The translations under genes and the position numbers were made by a program. The notes beneath the pieces were generated by a model that saw only the letters and a program-made list of their open reading frames with translations, did not search any database and was not told the DNA's origin. From Burkholderiales bacterium (GTDB taxonomy: Bacteria > Pseudomonadota > Gammaproteobacteria > Burkholderiales > SG8-39), in the NCBI GenBank assembly GCA_050246035.1, contig JBFWWT010000005.1:16575-80574 (forward strand): DNA of 64,000 nt, in the 5' to 3' direction. Positions 58,248 to 64,000 of this stretch are shown here, piece by piece; position 1 is the stretch's first letter; the number at the start of each line of letters is the position of its first letter.

Positions 58248-58654
58248 GGCTCGTGCTCGACACGCAGGTCTGGCTCGACTGGCTGGTGTTCGAGGATGCC
58301 TCGGTCGCCCGCCTGCGCGAGGCGCAGGCCGCGGGCCGCGTCGAGCTCGTGATCGACGAGCCCTGCGAGGCGGAGCTCGCGCGCGTGCTCGGCTACGACC
58401 TCGGGCGCTTCAGCCTGCCGCCGGAGGCGCGCGAGGCGTGCCTCGCGCGCTGCCGCGCGCTCGCGCTTCGCGTCGCGAGCGCCCCGGCGGACGCCTTGCC
58501 CGCCTGCCGCGACCCCGACGACCAGAAGTTCCTCGCGCTCGCGGCCGCGGCGCGCGCCCACGCGCTGCTCACCAAGGACCGGGCGCTGCTCGATCTCGCG
58601 CGCCGGCCGCTGCCGTTTCGCATCTGCGCGCCGCAGGCGCTGGAGATTCCCTGA
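58235..58654 (+). CDS. PIN-domain protein (TIGR00305-like); start ATG 58235 or TTG 58244
   Basis: VLDTQV, EL, CRDPDDQKF, TKD. Confidence 0.85.
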   Translation: MAGLRLVLDTQVWLDWLVFEDASVARLREAQAAGRVELVIDEPCEAELARVLGYDLGRFSLPPEAREACLARCRALALRVASAPADALPACRDPDDQKFLALAAAARAHALLTKDRALLDLARRPLPFRICAPQALEIP

Positions 58655-59073
58655 TGCCGATGAACCCCGGACTGCGCGCAGCTTACGAAAAGGCGCTTTA
58701 CGTCGTCTACGGCACGCCCGAGCTCGTCCTGCGGGTGGGCGAGCCGAGCGAGGCGCTCGATGCGCTGATGGACGAAGAGGGCGCGGAGACCGCGGCCTTT
58801 CTCACCGCGGCGAATCCGCGCGGCGAGCTGCAGGCGAAACGCGACAACGAGCTGGGCGCCGCGGCGCTGCACCAGGGGCTCGCCGACGCGGGCTACTCGT
58901 GCCTGCTCGGCGAGGGCCGCGACCCGAAAGGCGAGTGGCCGCCCGAGCCGAGCGTGCTCGCGCTCGGCATTTCGCGCCACGAGGCGATGGTGACCGGCCG
59001 CTCCTACGAGCAGAACGCGATCGTGTTCATCGAGCGCGGCAGGCCCGCCGAGCTCGTGCCGCTCGAAGACTGA
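58654..59073 (+). CDS. DUF3293 protein
   Basis: AY, FLTAANP, G..W..EPS, QNAIV. Confidence 0.8.
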   Translation: MPMNPGLRAAYEKALYVVYGTPELVLRVGEPSEALDALMDEEGAETAAFLTAANPRGELQAKRDNELGAAALHQGLADAGYSCLLGEGRDPKGEWPPEPSVLALGISRHEAMVTGRSYEQNAIVFIERGRPAELVPLED

Positions 59074-59442
59074 TCAGTAGGCGGCCTTGCGCGGGATGAC
59101 GTTGCGCACGCCGCCGCGCGGATTGGGGTTGTCGCCTCGATAGCGCGGGATGACGTGGATGTGCGCGTGCCAGACCGACTGGCCCGCCGCCTCGCCGCAA
59201 TTGACGCCGACGTTGAAGCCGTCGGGCAAGTGGCGGGCGGCGAGCACCGGTTGCAGCTCCCGCACGAGGCGGAAGCAGCCCTCATAGTCCACGGGCTCGA
59301 GATCCCAGATGGTGACGGCGTGGCGCCGCGGCAGCACGAGCGCGTGCCCCGGCGACACCGGGAAGCTGTCGTACACAGCGATCGCCCAGTCGTTCTCGAT
59401 CAGGATCTCGCGCTGCGGCCGGCAGAAGATGCACTCGGCCAT
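59074..59442 (-). CDS. HIT family hydrolase
   Basis: CIFC, PGHAL, AGQSV.HAHIHVIPR. Confidence 0.93.
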   Translation of the reverse strand: MAECIFCRPQREILIENDWAIAVYDSFPVSPGHALVLPRRHAVTIWDLEPVDYEGCFRLVRELQPVLAARHLPDGFNVGVNCGEAAGQSVWHAHIHVIPRYRGDNPNPRGGVRNVIPRKAAY

Positions 59443-59856
59443 TCAGCCCATGACCGTGACGACGACGTGCCGCGCATGGGGCGCGCGGCGGTGTTCCCAG
59501 AGATAGATGCCCTGCCAGGTGCCGAGCGCGAGGCGGCCCCCGGCCACCGGGATCTGCAGCGAGCTCGCGGTGAGCACCGTGCGCGCGTGCGCCGCCATGT
59601 CGTCGGGCCCCTCGTCGTCGTGGCGGTAGGCGGGATCGCCGTCGGGCGCGAGGCGCGCGAGGATCGTCTCCAGGTCCGCGCGCACCGCCGGCGCGGCGTT
59701 CTCGCACAGGATGAGCGAAGCGCTCGTGTGCTGCAGGAACACGTTGCACAGGCCGTTCGCCACCCCGCTCGCGCGCACGGCGTGCTCCACCTCCGAGGTG
59801 ATCTCGGTGGTGCCGCGGCCCCGGGTGCGGACGATAAGCGTCGTCTGCGCGGCCAA
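59443..59856 (-). CDS. yjbQ: YjbQ/UPF0047 family protein
   Basis: HTSASL..ENA, H..EG.DDM.AH, LGTWQGIYL.E. Confidence 0.9.
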   Translation of the reverse strand: MAAQTTLIVRTRGRGTTEITSEVEHAVRASGVANGLCNVFLQHTSASLILCENAAPAVRADLETILARLAPDGDPAYRHDDEGPDDMAAHARTVLTASSLQIPVAGGRLALGTWQGIYLWEHRRAPHARHVVVTVMG

Positions 59857-59860
59857 TGCG

Positions 59861-60178
59861 CTAGGCCGCCTTGACCAGCCGCTGCTCGGCGCTCTCCACC
59901 ACCATGGGCGTGGACCAGTCCTGGCGCACGGGCGGAGCGTTCCAGCGCTTGGTGACCATCCCCACCCACTCGGGCGTGTAGAAGCGCTCGGCGTCGGTCC
60001 TGGACTTCCAGAGATAGATGCCGACGAGCGTCTTGCCGTCCTCGGCGATGCCGTAGTACTTGCGGATGAGGCCGGGAATGCCCTGGTAGGTGTGGGCAGT
60101 GGCGTTGATCGTGTTGACGAGGTCCTGCTTTCCCGTTCCCTCGGGGACCTTGAACGTCCACATGACGGTGTGCATCAT
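59861..60178 (-). CDS. YdhR-like putative monooxygenase (ABM fold)
   Basis: PGLIRKYY, GIYLW.S..DA; GGAGGAG RBS. Confidence 0.75.
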   Translation of the reverse strand: MMHTVMWTFKVPEGTGKQDLVNTINATAHTYQGIPGLIRKYYGIAEDGKTLVGIYLWKSRTDAERFYTPEWVGMVTKRWNAPPVRQDWSTPMVVESAEQRLVKAA

Positions 60179-60323
60179 CTCCTCCCGTGAAAGCGCCATT
60201 GTCCCCCCGCGGCGAGCGCTCGCTCAAGGTGCCGCCGCCGGTCGCGGTTTCGCAGGGCGGCATGACAGGCGGACAACCGGCGCCATCGCGCCCGCTGCGG
60301 TAGGCGAAAATGCGCCCGTCCCC

Positions 60324-62105
60324 ATGAGCGACCCGGTCTCCCGCTGGCTGGAGAAATTCGACGCCTGCCTCGCGCGCAGCGACCTCGACGGCGCCGCCCG
60401 GCTATTCGGCGACGAGTGCTACTGGCGCGACTTCGTCGCCTTCACCTGGACGCTGAAGACCTTCGAGGGGCGCGGCGAGGTGAGCGCCATGCTCGCCGCG
60501 ACGCTGGGCGCCGCGCAACCGCGAGCGTTTGCGCCGCTCGCGCGCCCGGCGGGCGGCAATGGCGTCGCGGAAGGCTGGTTCGGATTCGAGACGGCGCTCG
60601 GCCGCGGCGTCGGCCACGTGCGCCTGCGCGAAGGACGCTGCTGGACGCTGCTCACCACGCTGCAGGAGCTGAAAGGCTTCGAGGAGAAGGCTGGCGCGCG
60701 GCGCGAGCGCGGCGTCGAGCACGGCCTCGTGCCCGGGCGGCGCTCCTGGCTCGAGCGGCGGCGCGAGGAGGTCTCCGAGCTCGGCTTCGCGCGCCAGCCA
60801 TACGTGCTCATCGTGGGCGGAGGCCAGGGCGGGCTCGCGCTCGCCGCGCGCCTGAAGCGGCTGGGCGTGCCGGCGCTCGTCGTCGAGCAGAACGAGCGCG
60901 CGGGCGACTCCTGGCGCAAGCGGTATCGGTCGCTGTGCCTGCACGACCCGGTCTGGTACGACCACATGCCCTACCTGCCGTTTCCGGACCACTGGCCGGT
61001 GTTCACGCCCAAGGACAAGATGGGCGACTGGCTGGAGATGTACGCACGCGTGATGGAGCTCAACGTCTGGACCTCGACGCGCTGCCTGTCCGCGTCCTGG
61101 GACGAGGCCTCCGAGACCTGGGCGGTGCGCGTGGACCGCAACGGCCGCAGCCTCGAGCTCCATCCCCGGCACCTCGTGCTCGCGACCGGCATGTCGGGGC
61201 GCGCGAACGTGCCGCAGCTTCCCGGTGCCGAGGCCTTCGCCGGCCGCATCGTGCATTCGAGCGCTTTCGACGGCGGCGAGGCCTGGCGCGACCGGCACTG
61301 CGTGGTGCTGGGCGCTAACAACTCCGCGCACGACATTGCCGCCGACCTCGTCGAGCACGGCGCGGCCTCGGTGACCATGCTGCAGCGCTCCTCCACGATC
61401 GTCGCCACCTCCGGTGCGCTCATGGAGCACGCCTGGGGCCGCCTGTACTCGGAGCAGGCGATCGAGGCTGGCATCACCACGGAAATCGCCGATCTCAGCG
61501 TCGCCTCGATCCCGCTGCGCCTCCTGCCTTCGTTCCAGCAACCGGTGTACGCCGCGATTCGCGAGCGCGACAAGTCGCTGTACGAGGGCCTGGACCGCGT
61601 GGGCTTCAAGTACGACTTCGGCGAGGACGGCGCGGGCATTCACGCCGCGTACCTGCGGCGCGGCGCGGGCTACTACATCGACGTGGGCGCCTCGCAGCTG
61701 TTGATAGACGGCGTCATCAAGCTGAAGAGTCCGGCGACCCTCGAGCGCGTCGCCGAGCGCACCGTGCTCGCCTCCGACGGCTCGGTGCTGCCCGCCGACC
61801 TCGTCGTGCTCGCCACCGGCTACGGTCCGATGAACGAGTGGGCCGCCGAGCTCATCTCGCCCGAGGCGGCGGCGCGCGTCGGGCGCTGCTGGGGCATGGG
61901 CTCGAACACGAAGTACGACCCGGGCCCGTGGGAGGGCGAGCTGCGCAACATGTGGAAGCCGACCCACCAGCGGGGCCTGTGGTTCATGGGCGGCAATCTC
62001 ATGCAGGCGCGGCACTACTCGCTCTACCTCGCGCTGCAGCTCAAGGCGCGCTTCGAGGGCCTGCCGACGCCCGTGTACTTCCTCGACCCCGTGCATCACG
62101 CGTGA
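60324..62105 (+). CDS. Flavin-containing monooxygenase with N-terminal SnoaL-like extension (type II FMO-like)
   Basis: WRD.VAFTW, GGGQGG, WRKRY.SL.LHD, ATG, HSS, GANNSAHD, ATGY. Confidence 0.85.
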   Translation: MSDPVSRWLEKFDACLARSDLDGAARLFGDECYWRDFVAFTWTLKTFEGRGEVSAMLAATLGAAQPRAFAPLARPAGGNGVAEGWFGFETALGRGVGHVRLREGRCWTLLTTLQELKGFEEKAGARRERGVEHGLVPGRRSWLERRREEVSELGFARQPYVLIVGGGQGGLALAARLKRLGVPALVVEQNERAGDSWRKRYRSLCLHDPVWYDHMPYLPFPDHWPVFTPKDKMGDWLEMYARVMELNVWTSTRCLSASWDEASETWAVRVDRNGRSLELHPRHLVLATGMSGRANVPQLPGAEAFAGRIVHSSAFDGGEAWRDRHCVVLGANNSAHDIAADLVEHGAASVTMLQRSSTIVATSGALMEHAWGRLYSEQAIEAGITTEIADLSVASIPLRLLPSFQQPVYAAIRERDKSLYEGLDRVGFKYDFGEDGAGIHAAYLRRGAGYYIDVGASQLLIDGVIKLKSPATLERVAERTVLASDGSVLPADLVVLATGYGPMNEWAAELISPEAAARVGRCWGMGSNTKYDPGPWEGELRNMWKPTHQRGLWFMGGNLMQARHYSLYLALQLKARFEGLPTPVYFLDPVHHA

Positions 62106-62650
62106 AGCTGCCGCAGAACTCGCTGTTCGCGATCCTGCTGCGCTCGCGCTGGTGGGTGAGCGCGTTGATCGCGCTCGGCGTGTTCGTCGTGGTGCGCCTG
62201 GTGCTGGACGCGGGCTTCGGCTTCTTCGCCGCGCTGCCCTTCGCGGTGATCGCGCTGGTGGTGCTATGGCGGGAGCTGCGCGCGCCGCGCGGCGCGCGGC
62301 TGGAGCGCGCGCTCGCGGCGCTGCGCGAGCTGAGCTGGGAGGAGTTCGCGGCGAAGCTCGAGGCAGGCTATCGCCGGCAGGGCTACGCGGTGACGCGCGC
62401 GGGCGGGGCCGCCGACTTCGAGCTGGACAAGGACGGGGCCGTGTCGCTCGTCGCGGCCAAGCGCTGGAAGGCATCGCGCTCCGGCGTCGAGCCGCTGAAG
62501 GAGCTCGCCGAGGCCGGCGCGCGACGCGAGGCGCGCGCATGCATCTTCGCCTGCGCCGCCGGGATCACCGACCAGGCCCGGCGGCTCGCGGCAGAGAAGG
62601 GCGTGAAGATTCTCGAAGGCGCCGAGCTCGTGTCGCTGGTGCGGCCTTGA
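62102..62650 (+). CDS. Membrane-anchored Mrr-like (PD-(D/E)xK) domain protein
   Basis: Two N-terminal TMs, LSWEEF...GY.V, ADF, KRWK. Confidence 0.75.
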   Translation: MKLPQNSLFAILLRSRWWVSALIALGVFVVVRLVLDAGFGFFAALPFAVIALVVLWRELRAPRGARLERALAALRELSWEEFAAKLEAGYRRQGYAVTRAGGAADFELDKDGAVSLVAAKRWKASRSGVEPLKELAEAGARREARACIFACAAGITDQARRLAAEKGVKILEGAELVSLVRP

Positions 62651-63858
62651 GCGCCGCGCCGCGCGCACTGAGGCTCGGGATCGTCGCGCTCACCCTCGCC
62701 CTCGCCTACGGCATCTGGTACTCGTACAGCGTGGTGCTGGTCGCGCTGCTGCGCGAGTACGGCTGGAGCCGCTCGGTGCTCGCGGGCGCCTTCTCCGTCT
62801 TCACGCTGGTGCACGGCGCGGCCAATCCGCTCGTCGGCATGCTGTGCGACCGCGTGCGGCCGCTGCGCCTGATGGCGGGCGGCGGTCTCGCGCTCGGCCT
62901 CGCGCTCTGGGCCGACAGCTACATCGCGAGCCCCTGGCAGCTCTACCTGGGCTTCGGCGTGCTCACCGCGATCTCGGTGTCGGCCGCCGGCTGGATCCCG
63001 GCGCTCGTGCAGGTGCAGCGGGACTTCCAGGACAAGCTGGGCCTCGCCCTCGGCATCGTGAGCTCGGGGGTAGGCGTGGGCATGCTTCTCGTGGTGCCGC
63101 TCACGCAGGCCCTGATCGACGCTTATGGCTGGCGCGCCGCCTACCGCGTGCTGGCGGTGATCTGCGTGTTGTGGATCCTGCCCTCGTCGTTGTTTCTCCT
63201 GCGACACGCGCTCGCGCGCGCGCAGTCGGCGCAAGCCGCGGCCTCGCCCGCGCGGCCCGCGCGCGCGATCACGCTCGCTCAGGCGATGCGCGGCATGCCC
63301 TTCTGGCTGATGCTCGCCGCGTTCTTCTTCGGCAACGCCTGCTCGCAGATGCTGCACGTGCACCAGGTGGCCTATCTGGTCGACCAGGGCGTCGCGGCGA
63401 TCGTCGCGGCCTCGGTGGTGAGCATCGTGGGCTTCGCGAGCATCGTCGGCAAGACGGGCGGCGGCTGGCTCTCCGACCGCGTCGAGCGCGAGTGGGTGTA
63501 CGTTGCCGGCATCGTCGTCATGCTGGCGGCGGTCGCGTCGCTGGCGGCGATCGGCGCTACGCCGTCGCGCTGGGCGATCTACGGCTACGCCGCGCTGCTC
63601 GGGCTCGGATACTCCGTGACCGCCTCGCTCATTCCCGCGATGGTGAGCGACCGCTTCAGCGGGCCGCACTTCGGGGCGATCGTGGGCGTGGGCCTGATGG
63701 GCAGCGCCGCCGGCAGCGCCTTCGGGCCCTGGATCGCGGGCTATCTCTTCGATCGCACGGGGAGCTACGGGCTCGCCTTCGCGATTGCCGCCGCCGCGGG
63801 CGTGGCCGCGGGTGCTGCCGGCTGGCGCGCGCGCACGCTGCGCGCGCGTGCGGCATGA
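62647..63858 (+). CDS. MFS transporter (TTG start)
   Basis: GWSRS..AG, G.L.DR, G.A.GI.SSG.G, G..FD.TGSY. Confidence 0.88.
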   Translation: MSAAPRALRLGIVALTLALAYGIWYSYSVVLVALLREYGWSRSVLAGAFSVFTLVHGAANPLVGMLCDRVRPLRLMAGGGLALGLALWADSYIASPWQLYLGFGVLTAISVSAAGWIPALVQVQRDFQDKLGLALGIVSSGVGVGMLLVVPLTQALIDAYGWRAAYRVLAVICVLWILPSSLFLLRHALARAQSAQAAASPARPARAITLAQAMRGMPFWLMLAAFFFGNACSQMLHVHQVAYLVDQGVAAIVAASVVSIVGFASIVGKTGGGWLSDRVEREWVYVAGIVVMLAAVASLAAIGATPSRWAIYGYAALLGLGYSVTASLIPAMVSDRFSGPHFGAIVGVGLMGSAAGSAFGPWIAGYLFDRTGSYGLAFAIAAAAGVAAGAAGWRARTLRARAA

Positions 63859-64000
63859 CGCCGGCGGGCGCGACGTTCTCGCGCTGCCGGCGCTGGCGCT
63901 ACCTGCTGTGGCGCTGCTGGGACCGGGCGCTGCCGGTGGCGAACTTTCTCATGCTCAATCCGAGCACGGCCGACGAGACCGTGCTCGACCCGACCTGCGC
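63855..64000 (+). CDS. DUF1643 protein, runs off the window end
   Basis: Read manually: MTPAGATFSRCRRWRYLLWRCWD...FLMLNPSTAD...DPT. Confidence 0.8.
   Translation, partial: MTPAGATFSRCRRWRYLLWRCWDRALPVANFLMLNPSTADETVLDPTC

Noticed and set aside
60200-60323. Possible ncRNA in the YdhR-FMO gap
   Set aside because: No recognisable motif; explained as a divergent promoter region

Overview
Very GC-rich, gene-dense chromosomal segment, most consistent with a betaproteobacterium (inferred from the CTG-N10-CAG LexA box, PsrA-fadE-thiolase-fadB operon, stand-alone extended infA and parE/parC style). About 70 mostly housekeeping or metabolic genes, many coupled by NTGA overlaps. They cover beta-oxidation, topoisomerase IV, mnmC, dtd, arfB, gor, pncA, egtD, mmsA, two GGDEF proteins, MFS/ABC transporters and small catabolic clusters. 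I saw no rRNA, tRNA, CRISPR array, transposase, integrase or prophage, and no complete novel multi-gene system can be demonstrated. Best leads: (1) a 73-aa gene between parE and parC ending in a clamp-binding-like QPDLF motif that is echoed at the ParC N-terminus; (2) three genes that appear to need CTG starts, with gor the clearest; (3) many -10 boxes only 6-12 nt from start codons, suggesting leaderless or near-leaderless mRNAs; (4) an SOS box overlapping an MFS start codon; (5) a REP-like palindrome carrying stop codons; (6) an unannotated 27-aa Cys-Cys ORF; (7) a GIY-YIG/PIN/exonuclease cluster; (8) an ACAD10/11- or lva-like kinase-ACAD-SDR operon. All calls are motif recognition by eye; no database search was run.
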